Positions 28,352 to 38,132 of a DNA stretch of 64,000 nucleotides are shown piece after piece. Source of the stretch: Candidatus Thorarchaeota archaeon. Its GTDB lineage: Archaea; Asgardarchaeota; Thorarchaeia; Thorarchaeales; Thorarchaeaceae. The stretch is taken from assembly GCA_046758445.1 (NCBI GenBank), contig JBHIAE010000001.1, positions 114,658 to 178,657 of the forward strand. The letters are read 5' to 3'. Each line of letters starts with the position of its first letter. Positions within the stretch are counted from its first letter, which is position 1. Position numbers and translations under genes: made by a program. Below the pieces are notes generated by a model. The model did not search any database, was not told the origin of the DNA, and worked only from the letters and a program-made list of their open reading frames with translations.

Positions 28352-29122
28352 TCAGAAGGGCAACTGCCAGAGCATCCACCCGGGTAGAGGGACGAAGAGC
28401 CTGACGTAGATTAGTAGAATCACACCTGCAAGGGAAACTAGGATTACCCCCCAGTCTCTCTTACGAAACTTGAGTTTCTCCATATACGTGCGGTCCTCGC
28501 AGGCACCAAATCCTCTTGACTCCATGCTCTCAGCAACAGAGAGGGCTCTCCGAATGGACACGATGATCAGTGGGACAATTATCGGTACTATGTTGCGAAT
28601 TCGTCGTAGAATGTTTCCCTTGTCTAGCTCAACTCCTCGGGCCTTCTGCGCGTCCATAATGGCATATGCCTCTTGGCCAAGAGTAGGTACATACCTCATT
28701 GCCATGCTCATTGCGAATGCAAACTCAAAGCGAACTCGCATTTGTATCAAAGCTTGTGCAAGCTGGTCTGGGTGAACAGTCAGAAAGAACACTGAGAATG
28801 AGGTCATCAGAGCCACAAGCCGGATTGTCAGGGCAATCGAGTGTGAGAAGGGATTTGCAACGGTAGAGAGAAGTGTATTGAATATGATGATGAAGATTAG
28901 GAGATACGAGAGGCCCCTCATACTGCGTGCCCACCTTCGAAGTGACTTGGCGGCAGCAATCAGTGGGACCAATAGCACCAGGATGATGAGCAACGGTACT
29001 ATCTCCAAGAACATTAGCGAAACGATAGCCAATACGAGGGAGAGAAACATCTTGGATCGGGGGTCGAGATTGTGAACTAGACTCTCCTGCCTAGTATATT
29101 GAAACACTTCAAGAAAGGACAC
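28352..29122 (-). CDS. ecfT: ECF transporter transmembrane T component
   Basis: LDPRSK, AQKARG and MESRGF motifs. Confidence 0.92.
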   Translation of the reverse strand: MSFLEVFQYTRQESLVHNLDPRSKMFLSLVLAIVSLMFLEIVPLLIILVLLVPLIAAAKSLRRWARSMRGLSYLLIFIIIFNTLLSTVANPFSHSIALTIRLVALMTSFSVFFLTVHPDQLAQALIQMRVRFEFAFAMSMAMRYVPTLGQEAYAIMDAQKARGVELDKGNILRRIRNIVPIIVPLIIVSIRRALSVAESMESRGFGACEDRTYMEKLKFRKRDWGVILVSLAGVILLIYVRLFVPLPGWMLWQLPF

Positions 29123-29124
29123 GT

Positions 29125-29949
29125 TCAGCCACCCCCAAGGACCTTAGCAACCGCATCCTCCACCTCTGACAAGAGAAAGAGATGGTCAGATACCTCTGGA
29201 ATCTTCTCACTGAGCGCCCGAACTGCTAGTGTGAGTTGAGGTGGAGTGAGAGAACATTCATCCAATACTGGATCATTGCTCAGAACAGAGCTCGTGGGAC
29301 CATCAGCAACGATTTGACCGTTGGACATAGTCACTGTACGAGGAAAGTGTTCGGTAACGAACTCAACATCATGTGTCACTACAATCACGGTGCGGCCAAG
29401 CTTATTCAATTCCACTAGCATTTCAGCTAGGTTCTCCTTCTGCTTCGCATCTTGTCCTATCGTTGGTTCATCCAAAGCTAAGACCTGAGGATCAGTTGCA
29501 AGGACTGAAGCAAGGGCCACACGCTTTCTTTCACCACCCGACAGAGCGAATGGAGAACGCTCCGCGAAGCCCTCAAGCCCCAACCTCGCTAGAGTGCGCT
29601 CACAACGTGCATCAGCTTCCTCATTGCTGAAGCCGAGGTTGTTCAGACCGAACACAATCTCTTTTCGCACACTCTCCAAAAACAGCTGATGGTCTGGGTT
29701 TTGCCAGACCAGTCCAACCACTCGTGAGAGCTCTGCAATGGATTGCTCCCTTGCATCCTTGCCATTTATGAAGACTCTACCAGTCTGAGGTCGAAGTAGA
29801 CCATTCATGTGTTTTATCAAGGTGGTCTTGCCGGCTCCATTGGCTCCCATTATTGCGATTCGCTCACCATCATCAATCTGAAGAGATGCGCCGCGAAGGG
29901 CCGTGTATATACCATCGTAGGCAAAGTGCAGATTCTCAAGCAGAATCAT
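29125..29949 (-). CDS. ecfA: ECF transporter ATPase
   Basis: GANGAGKT, QNPDHQ, LSGGE and LDEPT. Confidence 0.92.
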   Translation of the reverse strand: MILLENLHFAYDGIYTALRGASLQIDDGERIAIMGANGAGKTTLIKHMNGLLRPQTGRVFINGKDAREQSIAELSRVVGLVWQNPDHQLFLESVRKEIVFGLNNLGFSNEEADARCERTLARLGLEGFAERSPFALSGGERKRVALASVLATDPQVLALDEPTIGQDAKQKENLAEMLVELNKLGRTVIVVTHDVEFVTEHFPRTVTMSNGQIVADGPTSSVLSNDPVLDECSLTPPQLTLAVRALSEKIPEVSDHLFLLSEVEDAVAKVLGGG

Positions 29950-30791
29950 TGTGACCTCGCCTCCTGAACGAAAACAGCAAGTTCTTCTCCGGTAAGAGGA
30001 ACATGCGGCATCTGTATTCCTCGCGACAGCAAGCGCTTATAGATCTGAGTTGCTTTTGGAACTCCCACACCGATATCTTCGCACACATCCATGGTTAGGA
30101 CTTCGCGGGGAGGCCCGTCTGCTACTATACTACCTTTGTCCATCAGGATGATTCTGGACGCATCTTTGGAAACGAGATCAAGTCGATGTTCGACGAGAAC
30201 TACAGTCATACCACTATTCTTGTTTAGGTCAGCAATGATACTAAGGATTAGTTCCGCGCTGACGGGGTCCAAATTCGATGTGGGTTCGTCCGCAACCAGT
30301 ACCTTTGGCTTCAGTGCCAGCGTTGCACCCATGGCTACTCGTTGCTGTTCACCTCCACTCATCTCATGAGGGTGTTTCTCTCTAAGGTAATCTAGGTTGA
30401 GGAGATCGATTATCTCCTCTACTCTTCTTCGGACTTCCGTGGGTTTGACTCCCAGATTCTCAGGACCAAAGGCAAGCTCCCTTTCTACGTTGAGTGTCAC
30501 CAGTTGGTTGGCCGGATTCTGGAAAACCAGACCAATTGTTGATGCAAGCCCAGCAACGGTTGCTTCTCTTGTGTTCTCCCCATCGACTATCACATTACCC
30601 GCAATATAGCCACGGTGAAAGTGAGGAACCAGTCCGTTGATTGTTCTGCAGAGTGTTGTCTTGCCGCATCCAGATGGCCCTGTGATGACTACATATTCCC
30701 CATCTTCAATGGTTGTCGTGATCTTCCTTAATGCGAGAGAGTCCGCTCCTAGGTACTTGAAGCTGAAGTCAGCGAACTCAATCAACGCCAC
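29946..30791 (-). CDS. ecfA: ECF transporter ATPase
   Basis: GPSGCGKT, FQNP, MSGGE and DEPT. Start placed at GTG 30791. Confidence 0.92.
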   Translation of the reverse strand: MALIEFADFSFKYLGADSLALRKITTTIEDGEYVVITGPSGCGKTTLCRTINGLVPHFHRGYIAGNVIVDGENTREATVAGLASTIGLVFQNPANQLVTLNVERELAFGPENLGVKPTEVRRRVEEIIDLLNLDYLREKHPHEMSGGEQQRVAMGATLALKPKVLVADEPTSNLDPVSAELILSIIADLNKNSGMTVVLVEHRLDLVSKDASRIILMDKGSIVADGPPREVLTMDVCEDIGVGVPKATQIYKRLLSRGIQMPHVPLTGEELAVFVQEARSQ

Positions 30792-31810
30792 GGATCTGCA
30801 GCCTCCCATGCTTGTTTCTCCCTCTGTGCTGCATTCTTCTCGATTGCCTTCCGGATGAGCTCGACAGATCTTTCTAGGGCGTGATCTCTGTTCTTCGTCC
30901 CATTCGCACCTGCAGCGTTTGCGTGTCCACCGCCCTCACCGCCAATCAGCTCGCCTATTGGTTCCATAACATCAGTGCCTAGGTTCACATCCGTTTCTTC
31001 AGAGAATTTGCGAGTACTGCGGGAGCTGATTCTGACTCTACCACTTGAAGTTACCCCGCCGACTATGGCAGCGTCTGCGCCGAGCTCCAGGAGGCCACGG
31101 CAGGCACTGGCCTCATAGGCTTTCACTCTGGATGTAACAACTATCCAATCATCTATCGTGTGAAGCTTAAGCCTTCCAGCAGCTTTGATTCTGGCAATCC
31201 TCTCAGACCTTTCTGGTCTGATTATCAACGAGTTCACACATGTCTGGTAGTCAGCCCCTGCCTCTACCAGTTTCAGAGCCACCTCCAGTGCGTCCTCCCC
31301 TGAGTGGAAGAAACGTCTTGAGTCAAAGAGTATACCAGTAAGGAGTAGATTGGCGGTCACGGTGTCTGGCTCGACATTCAGCTCCTCGAAAAGTTCAAAG
31401 ACCATCTCACAAGTTGACGATGCCTTCGTGTTGATGAGCGTGTGTTGTGCAATCGTCTGAATATCAGGGTTTTCTTCGTGGTGGTCAATTACTAGTGTTC
31501 GAGAAGGGTCTCCAAGAAGATTAGCTACACGTGGGCCGAGTTGAGATTTACTATTGGTATCAACAAGGATTGTCAAATCGTGCACCTTCTTAGAGAACTC
31601 GTGGATTTCTTTGGATAGCTCAAGGGTGTCTAGGACCTGATTGGACAGCTTGCTAACATCCTCACAGACTAGGGTAGGATTCCCTTGAGGATTGATGCTT
31701 AGATAGAGCGATCTTGCCGCAAGCATGGAACAGACTGCATCAGGGTCTGCATTTTGGTGCCCTATGATAATTGGGCGAGATGACTGAGCAAGAATAGCTC
31801 TAACATTCAA
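30782..31810 (-). CDS. DHH/DHHA1 family phosphoesterase
   Basis: HQNADPDA, VDT, IDHH and GGGHANAAG; conserved position after pfdB. Confidence 0.92.
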   Translation of the reverse strand: MNVRAILAQSSRPIIIGHQNADPDAVCSMLAARSLYLSINPQGNPTLVCEDVSKLSNQVLDTLELSKEIHEFSKKVHDLTILVDTNSKSQLGPRVANLLGDPSRTLVIDHHEENPDIQTIAQHTLINTKASSTCEMVFELFEELNVEPDTVTANLLLTGILFDSRRFFHSGEDALEVALKLVEAGADYQTCVNSLIIRPERSERIARIKAAGRLKLHTIDDWIVVTSRVKAYEASACRGLLELGADAAIVGGVTSSGRVRISSRSTRKFSEETDVNLGTDVMEPIGELIGGEGGGHANAAGANGTKNRDHALERSVELIRKAIEKNAAQREKQAWEAADPWR

Positions 31811-32109
31811 TTAGCTTTCAACTCCCTGAGTCGCCTATCTAGCCAGTCTGTCCCGTGATCGGTGGCCTCCCTGAGGAGTCCATCGAGCTCTAGTCCAGTA
31901 TCATAGCTCTGCACCAAGTCTAGCTGCACGTCAAGTTGAAGCCCAGTCCCCAGCTCTATGGCACAGCTGACGAACATTTCCTCAATGCTCTTCTTTGGAA
32001 CTCTACGAAGGATGAACTTGGTTATCTCAGCTTGGCACTCCTCGGCCAAACTCTCAATATCATCCTCGCTGAGATCGGGCAGGCCAATCTCAACAGGCTC
32101 GTGACTCAT
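31807..32109 (-). CDS. DUF3194-like conserved archaeal protein
   Basis: IGLPDLSEDDIESLAE pattern and its position between pfdB and the DHH gene. Confidence 0.65.
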   Translation of the reverse strand: MSHEPVEIGLPDLSEDDIESLAEECQAEITKFILRRVPKKSIEEMFVSCAIELGTGLQLDVQLDLVQSYDTGLELDGLLREATDHGTDWLDRRLRELKAN

Positions 32110-32114
32110 CTCCC

Positions 32115-32477
32115 TCACTGAACCTTAAGATCACGCTTGGCCAGTTCGAGTTCAATCTTGGTCTGTAGCTCTTTCAGTTGTTCACCAAGCTTCTGGACTT
32201 GCTTGTTCGTGGATGCAAGTCGCATCTCGAGAGTCTTCTCCTTATCGTCCAACTCCTCAACGAGCTTTGTCTTTTCCATTCGAAACATGACTTGTCCTAC
32301 AGCCTTGTAGGTGACCACGTCATCGGGTTGTTTTCTTAGCTCCTCAAGGGTAGCCTTGACTTCTCCAAGCTCAGACTGCATTGTCTGACTCATCGCCAGC
32401 AAGGTTTCATGGTTACGCCTCATTGAATCGAACTTCTGGAGCTCTTGTTCAAGCGCAGGCGGGATTCTCTGGGCCAT
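32115..32477 (-). CDS. pfdB: Prefoldin beta subunit
   Basis: Coiled coils flanking YKAVGQVM; 120 aa. Confidence 0.93.
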   Translation of the reverse strand: MAQRIPPALEQELQKFDSMRRNHETLLAMSQTMQSELGEVKATLEELRKQPDDVVTYKAVGQVMFRMEKTKLVEELDDKEKTLEMRLASTNKQVQKLGEQLKELQTKIELELAKRDLKVQ

Positions 32478-32855
32478 ATTCTTCCAACTCTCTCTTTCAT
32501 TGAATGTTGTGTCCGAGTGCGCGTTCTGGGCTGTGACTTAAGGGTTTTTGCGAAGGGAACAAGTAGCTAAGACTTGGTTCCGAATTACCAGGACTGATAA
32601 TCCGGGTTTTGTTAGTACAACTGTGTCATGTTTCGCAGAATCTGCCAAACCTAAACCATCTTTTTGTTCAAGCAATCGATGGTAAGATTAATCAACAAGT
32701 GGATACGCGCCATCTATTGGATGGCAATGGATCCGTTCCATGGTATCATTAACAGCCGATGATAGGACTGGATTGGGTAAGTCGCTCTGCGTATCTGTGA
32801 GCATTGGAAGGGTGCATTTCCAGCTCCAGTATACTAGGGAGGAGATGTCGCTGCG

Positions 32856-33164
32856 ATGACCGAAGAAGAAACCTTTGTTAGCGCAAAGATGATGCTTGTA
32901 TCTGCGATAGTGGCGACTTGCCTTTCATTCATATTCGCTCTCTATGCTCTCTCAGGTGCATATGGTTACGAACGCGTCTTCGTCACGACATGGCACTTCG
33001 TTAGCTCTCTAGCTGTCTCAGCGTTCTTATGGTTGGAGGTAGCGAAGAAGAAAAAGAAGACCAACAAGCAGTGGACGAGATACATCGAAGCGGCGCTATT
33101 TGTCGTTGTGTGTGTTTCTGCTGGTCTGCTAATCGCGTCATACCTTCTCCTACCCTATAACTAA
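32856..33164 (+). CDS. Small membrane protein (3 TM)
   Basis: Three hydrophobic helices; SD GGAGGAG upstream. Confidence 0.6.
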   Translation: MTEEETFVSAKMMLVSAIVATCLSFIFALYALSGAYGYERVFVTTWHFVSSLAVSAFLWLEVAKKKKKTNKQWTRYIEAALFVVVCVSAGLLIASYLLLPYN

Positions 33165-33412
33165 GTAATCACCACCATTCTCACATGGGCTTCCTGTCTG
33201 AAGGAGTGCAGCGACAAATGAACGGGTTGATAATGCAGTGACCAGAATTGTAGCAATGTGGGCAGACAGATGCTCCAGCCAACATTGACAAGTCGCCTGT
33301 GAAGTTCCTCACTGGATCTTCTCTCTCATCTCTGTCAACATCTGGATGACTGCTCGACAGGTATGCTGGGTGGACTGCTTAGACCTGGTGTCCAAGTTTG
33401 TCCACGAGACAA

Positions 33413-33685
33413 TCAACGGGCTTGGCTTGTGACTGACTCGATAGATTCGACGCAGGCTGACACCCAAGCTATGTAGGAGTTCATTGCAGCCCTCAGAGAT
33501 GTGAGGTCTCCTGCAGTGATATCTATCACGAGCGTTTCGTTTCTACCAGATACCCGGGCTTGGGCTCTATCAGAGGGCGCAGAGTCAGTTTCGGGCTCTA
33601 GTGCAGAACGCACTGTTTCTGCAATCTCGGGCGTTTCCATGGGAATCTCAATCACTGCATGACCGTTGACAGCTTCAGCACACAA
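33413..33685 (-). CDS. pcc1: KEOPS complex subunit Pcc1
   Basis: ALEPE...ITAGDLTSLRAAMNSYIAW. TTG 33685 follows SD AGGAGGT. Confidence 0.88.
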   Translation of the reverse strand: MCAEAVNGHAVIEIPMETPEIAETVRSALEPETDSAPSDRAQARVSGRNETLVIDITAGDLTSLRAAMNSYIAWVSACVESIESVTSQAR

Positions 33686-33690
33686 GAGCC

Positions 33691-34245
33691 CTACCTCCTG
33701 ATCTCGACAATTCTGATTCGTGGACCGATCTCCTGTGCATTGAGCGTATGGTAGTGGGTCCAAAGAATCTTTCCGCCACCGAGGTCCTCGATTCTGATCT
33801 CCACCATGTTAGTGCCCTCAAGGCCAACGAGTACAGGGCCGTCAGATTCGACTACTCTATGATTCATCAGAGCCGCAATGAAACCAGCGAAGTGTTTGGC
33901 AACGCCTGATGATTCCTTCCCAACTGTTACCGTGCTGACAGAAACTATTCTCAGTCCCTTAGACGACAACAACTCACGACGAAGCGTGGCACTCTCAATC
34001 TTGAGTGCAAGAAGATTCTCTCCCGTAGGAGAGACAAACTGGATGATTCTGGGATTGCCTTTCCAGAGAGAAACAACCAATGCCATCTTTGCACCAGACT
34101 GATGGATGCGAGCGACTAGCTCCGCCATGCTCATCCCGCCGCGGTTGAAGCGTTCGGTACCTGGAAGAACTGTCCAAAGGTCTCGAACGAAGGAGCGAAC
34201 TCTATTCGATGTCTTCCGAGAAGTAGTTAGCAAGGCAAGAGGCAA
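33691..34245 (-). CDS. Brix/Imp4-domain ribosome biogenesis protein
   Basis: LTTSRKTSNRVRSF, NRG, KGNP and EIGPRI; superoperon position. Confidence 0.85.
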   Translation of the reverse strand: MPLALLTTSRKTSNRVRSFVRDLWTVLPGTERFNRGGMSMAELVARIHQSGAKMALVVSLWKGNPRIIQFVSPTGENLLALKIESATLRRELLSSKGLRIVSVSTVTVGKESSGVAKHFAGFIAALMNHRVVESDGPVLVGLEGTNMVEIRIEDLGGGKILWTHYHTLNAQEIGPRIRIVEIRR

Positions 34246-34274
34246 AGCAGTTCACTTGCCCAGTTGATGGTCTT

Positions 34275-34685
34275 CTATTCCTTCTTCTCCGACTCTTCGG
34301 GAGGGGCGCTATCTTCGGAATCAACAGTGACTGCGACTATGACATCCTCTTCTTCAACGTTAGGAAGGAACTCTTCGGGCTCCACTAGCTCCTCATCATC
34401 CCTCAGTGCCAAGAAGTCACCGGCTACTCTTTGGGCAATTGCTCGTTTTGCTGCCTTGCCAGCATCAGTGTATGGGACATAGGCTCCGCCAGCAAAACTC
34501 AATCCACACTTCTTGCATTTCCAGAGACCTACTGCTTCTCTCGCAAGAGCCCGTGTGGCACACGCAGGACAGCGATGTGGCTCTGAGCGCCTCTTTTCTA
34601 TGTCAAGCACTCTACGACGTAGCTTGGCCCCGTATCTTGAGCCAAACCTGCCCGTGCTACCAACTTTCTTGGTCTTTCTTCCCAA
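34275..34685 (-). CDS. rpl37ae: 50S ribosomal protein L37Ae (eL43) with acidic C-terminal extension
   Basis: TKKVGSTGRFGSRYG, CPAC/CKKC zinc finger and AGGAY. Confidence 0.95.
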   Translation of the reverse strand: MGRKTKKVGSTGRFGSRYGAKLRRRVLDIEKRRSEPHRCPACATRALAREAVGLWKCKKCGLSFAGGAYVPYTDAGKAAKRAIAQRVAGDFLALRDDEELVEPEEFLPNVEEEDVIVAVTVDSEDSAPPEESEKKE

Positions 34686-34815
34686 AGCTGTAGTCTCCTG
34701 GTTCTTTCTGGGACTCCGATCCCATCCCCTGATGCTCGGAGTCTATCAGTCGCCCATCGATTTCGCTTATTAGCATATCTATCGGTGAAGAGAACGGAGA
34801 AGGTCCCTATACTGG

Positions 34816-35652
34816 CTAGGACTCCTTCTTTGCCGCCTTCACAGTTTCCTTGACTAGTTTGCGAATCTCTTTCGTACTTTCTAGAGCCATGCTCATTGAT
34901 TGGTCAATCAAATCAAGAGACATAGGTCCTGTTCCGCCGCCCTTTTGCATGGCCGTGAAGTTGTCGTTCTGATCTACAGCCATGGTCAGACGACAGTCTT
35001 GGACCATCTCTTCCTTGATGTGTGGGTCTATCACTAGATGCTCTCCAATCTTGGACACGGTGTGTTCGATGGCCATGTTCTGCAGTGGCAAAGCAACCTC
35101 CTTACCCGTTGGCACAGCTTGGTCGTCTTCCCATTTCATCTCAGGGTATTTCGTGCCAAGCATGGCAGCGTTTGCAGCAATCGAACAGGCATCTATTAGG
35201 TTTCCGTCATACTCCAAGGTATAGAGGTCAACGAAGCACATCAGAACCTTCTTACCAGGTTCAATGCAGAGCTTCTTGGTATCCACTGTTTCGGACTCTC
35301 TAACACCTCTATCGACGACTCTTGCGAGCTCAATGGCCGGTTCCTTTGGCGGGCCCAACTCGAATAGTGGAGATGCGATTGGAGCAAGCTCTGCCGTGAC
35401 CATAATGACTCCTTCATCAGGAGTGTCCGGATATGGTTCACCAAGCAGTACTTTTACTCCGGCCACTACGCTTGTGCCACCTAAGCGTACAATGGCGGAC
35501 CCTTCAGCCTTTGCAGAAACTGGGTCAGGCTCGATTGTGATTGGCCTATACTCGTCAAATGCTCTACCGTCGACTCTTTCACCCTTCTTCAGAAGGTCAG
35601 CTATGTAGTTCCTGTCGATGTGACTGATTACCTCTGCGCTAAAATCACCCAT
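34816..35652 (-). CDS. rrp42: Exosome complex component Rrp42
   Basis: RVDGR..DEYR, AEGSA, ELARVVDRGVRES and DGNLID. Confidence 0.95.
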   Translation of the reverse strand: MGDFSAEVISHIDRNYIADLLKKGERVDGRAFDEYRPITIEPDPVSAKAEGSAIVRLGGTSVVAGVKVLLGEPYPDTPDEGVIMVTAELAPIASPLFELGPPKEPAIELARVVDRGVRESETVDTKKLCIEPGKKVLMCFVDLYTLEYDGNLIDACSIAANAAMLGTKYPEMKWEDDQAVPTGKEVALPLQNMAIEHTVSKIGEHLVIDPHIKEEMVQDCRLTMAVDQNDNFTAMQKGGGTGPMSLDLIDQSMSMALESTKEIRKLVKETVKAAKKES

Positions 35653-35653
35653 T

Positions 35654-36466
35654 CTATTCATCCCCCTCTATATCTGCCTCTCCGAGGTCCGGCTCGAGGT
35701 CGTCATCATAATCGTCCGCGTCCTCTCCTTCCTCGTCCGACCCTTTCCTAGCATAGGATCGCTTGAGAGCATCCTTCTGCAACTCGTGTATGTATTTGCA
35801 GGCATTCACGCCCATCTCCATAGACTCAAGAAGTTCTTCGCGTGTGAAGGAGCCATCTTGCTGGAGTAGAGTAATCTCATTGGTGCGGGGCAGAATGGCC
35901 ATGGGAATATCTCCTTGACCATACTTGTCTTCTTCATCACCAAGATCCACAATCAATGTGCCTTCGGCTTTACCAACTGCTACTGATGGCACGAGAGCCT
36001 TCATTGGTATCCCAGCATCAGCGAGAGCCAGAGAAGCCGCGTTGATCGCTGCACATCGCGTGCCCCCGTCCGCCTGGATCACTTGGATGAACACATCAAC
36101 CACCGCTTTCGGAAACTCTTGCAAGAAGAGGGCCGGTTGAAGAGCGTTAGCAATGACCATTGAAATCTCTCTCTCTCGACGAGAGGGAGCTGGCCTCTTC
36201 CTGTCTGGCACTGAAAACGTGGCCATTCTGTAGACGACTCTCAGATATGCCCTGTCGTTGAGTGTGAGATGCCTAGGATGCAATTCACGGGGCCCATAGA
36301 CAGCCGCTAGGATGTAGGTCTTTCCTTGTCTAATGGATGCAGACCCATCAGCCGTCTTTAGCACGCCAACTTCCATCTGTATTGGCCGTAGTTCGTCAGG
36401 TCTTCTACCATCAAATCGAAGGCCCTCTGCGTTCAAAAGAGATTCGGGCCTCTGTTCTGGACTCAT
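35654..36466 (-). CDS. rrp41: Exosome complex exonuclease Rrp41
   Basis: DGRRPDELR, AVYGPRE and QADGGTRCA. Confidence 0.95.
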   Translation of the reverse strand: MSPEQRPESLLNAEGLRFDGRRPDELRPIQMEVGVLKTADGSASIRQGKTYILAAVYGPRELHPRHLTLNDRAYLRVVYRMATFSVPDRKRPAPSRREREISMVIANALQPALFLQEFPKAVVDVFIQVIQADGGTRCAAINAASLALADAGIPMKALVPSVAVGKAEGTLIVDLGDEEDKYGQGDIPMAILPRTNEITLLQQDGSFTREELLESMEMGVNACKYIHELQKDALKRSYARKGSDEEGEDADDYDDDLEPDLGEADIEGDE

Positions 36467-37338
36467 TATTCACTCACTTCCTCCTTGTCTTTCACTTCTT
36501 TATCATCAGTTTCACTTGCTTCATCATCTTTCTTTTCTACAATAGAATCTGTGGTTTCCTCGGCCACCGTTTCATCTTGAGAACCTTCTGTCGTCACAGG
36601 CTCACTCGTTTCTTCCACAACTGCCGAGGTTTCAGTCGGTTTCTTCTTGCCGCTCAACCGGGACATTTCTTCCGCAAGCATCTCCTTGACTCTATCCGTG
36701 AGCTTTGAGGTATGAGCCTGAGCCTCTATCATTTTGAAGGCTCTAATCGCCAGGCGTAGCACTTCCGTGTTAGGAGCACGTATCCAGATTCGGCCGTTTT
36801 GGCCGACCATAGTCTGAATTCCAGTCTGGTCCTTGATCATGTTGATCATGGAGCCTCTCCTACCGATGACCCGTGGTATCTTCGCCGGGCTAAGCTTCAA
36901 AATCATTCCGTCCGTGAGCTTCCGCAGTCCGCGTCCCTTCATGCCGAGGAATGGGCCAGTAGCTCTATCATATGCTATGACCTCTGCTGCAATCACATCA
37001 CCAATGTCCATGTACTGAGATATGTCGTCGGCGTAAGGTCTTCGAAGGGCATTGTTCGCGTGAAGAGATGCGATGTATGGCGAGTCGATGTCTACCTTCC
37101 AATTGTTACCGGCTACTACTGTGATAGTGCCGAGCACTAGGTCACCTTCTCGAGGAATGTAGACTCCTTCGAGTGCCACCACCTTCACCGTGTTCCCACG
37201 CAACTCGGCTAGTCCAACCAAGGTCGAGTAGATCTTACCCTCTTCATCACTCCAGGTCCCATACGAGGCTCGATATCTGCCCTCGGCTAACAACTGTCCT
37301 GGGACCACAACTTCTCGTTTTTGAAAATATACTGCCAA
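36466..37338 (-). CDS. rrp4: Exosome RNA-binding protein Rrp4
   Basis: VVPGQ, YIP.EGD.V.G S1 domain, PRVIGRRGSM KH domain and GQNGRIW. Confidence 0.95.
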   Translation of the reverse strand: MAVYFQKREVVVPGQLLAEGRYRASYGTWSDEEGKIYSTLVGLAELRGNTVKVVALEGVYIPREGDLVLGTITVVAGNNWKVDIDSPYIASLHANNALRRPYADDISQYMDIGDVIAAEVIAYDRATGPFLGMKGRGLRKLTDGMILKLSPAKIPRVIGRRGSMINMIKDQTGIQTMVGQNGRIWIRAPNTEVLRLAIRAFKMIEAQAHTSKLTDRVKEMLAEEMSRLSGKKKPTETSAVVEETSEPVTTEGSQDETVAEETTDSIVEKKDDEASETDDKEVKDKEEVSE

Positions 37339-37392
37339 TGTATTCCCTCATTCCAAATCTTTGTATTGAATCATAATGTAACGTCTGTTCCA

Positions 37393-38118
37393 TCATCGAA
37401 CGGTTTCTATCTTCACTTGCCCCTTACAGAGTTTGTTTAGGTCGTCGTACAGATCCTGTCTCTTTGAGGCAGGTATCTCAATCAACCCAGACCAAGAGCC
37501 ATCCTGGGACCATTCCTCAGACTTGATGACCCCAGTCTTCGCAATCATGTTGTAACCCTTCCCCGAGAATGCTGCTGGTAACGTGACTTGGAGTTTGACG
37601 CTCTCAAATGATATCGGGATGATCACAAGAAGTGCTTTCACGATTCCAGGTATCTGCTCGTCAACTTTGATGAAGGGATTGACGCTAACCTTGGCTTCTT
37701 CCATTGCCTGTCTAATCCTGTCCGGCGGATGAGGATGTCCTGTTTGAGGGTTCATAGCCCGCTTGGACAAGTTCTCGATTATTGCCTCTGTCTTCTCCTT
37801 GACTAGCTGATTTCGCTGTTCGTGCGTCAGTCTGAACTCGCCTTTCTTGATGATCTCTGAAGCTATCTGGAACACATCCGACGTCCCAAACTCTTCTGCA
37901 GCGAGATCTTCAGAGGCTCGCTCACCTCTCTTGGCATCCTCGTAGATATCGTAGCTCTTCAGAATGTCCTCTACGGGAATGTCTGCTCCTCTCCTATACT
38001 CGAAGGCAAGATCAGGATCGACAAAGAGCTCGAATCTTAGATGCCCTTTCTTCATTCCAATGACTACTGCATCCAGCTCTAGCCACTTCTCTCCGGACTT
38101 CTTCCCCGAGCCCATCAA
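37393..38118 (-). CDS. sdo1: Ribosome maturation factor SBDS/Sdo1
   Basis: RFELFVDPD, NPQTGHPHPPDRI and IIPISFE. Confidence 0.93.
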   Translation of the reverse strand: MMGSGKKSGEKWLELDAVVIGMKKGHLRFELFVDPDLAFEYRRGADIPVEDILKSYDIYEDAKRGERASEDLAAEEFGTSDVFQIASEIIKKGEFRLTHEQRNQLVKEKTEAIIENLSKRAMNPQTGHPHPPDRIRQAMEEAKVSVNPFIKVDEQIPGIVKALLVIIPISFESVKLQVTLPAAFSGKGYNMIAKTGVIKSEEWSQDGSWSGLIEIPASKRQDLYDDLNKLCKGQVKIETVR

Positions 38119-38132
38119 ACGGCATTCATCTC

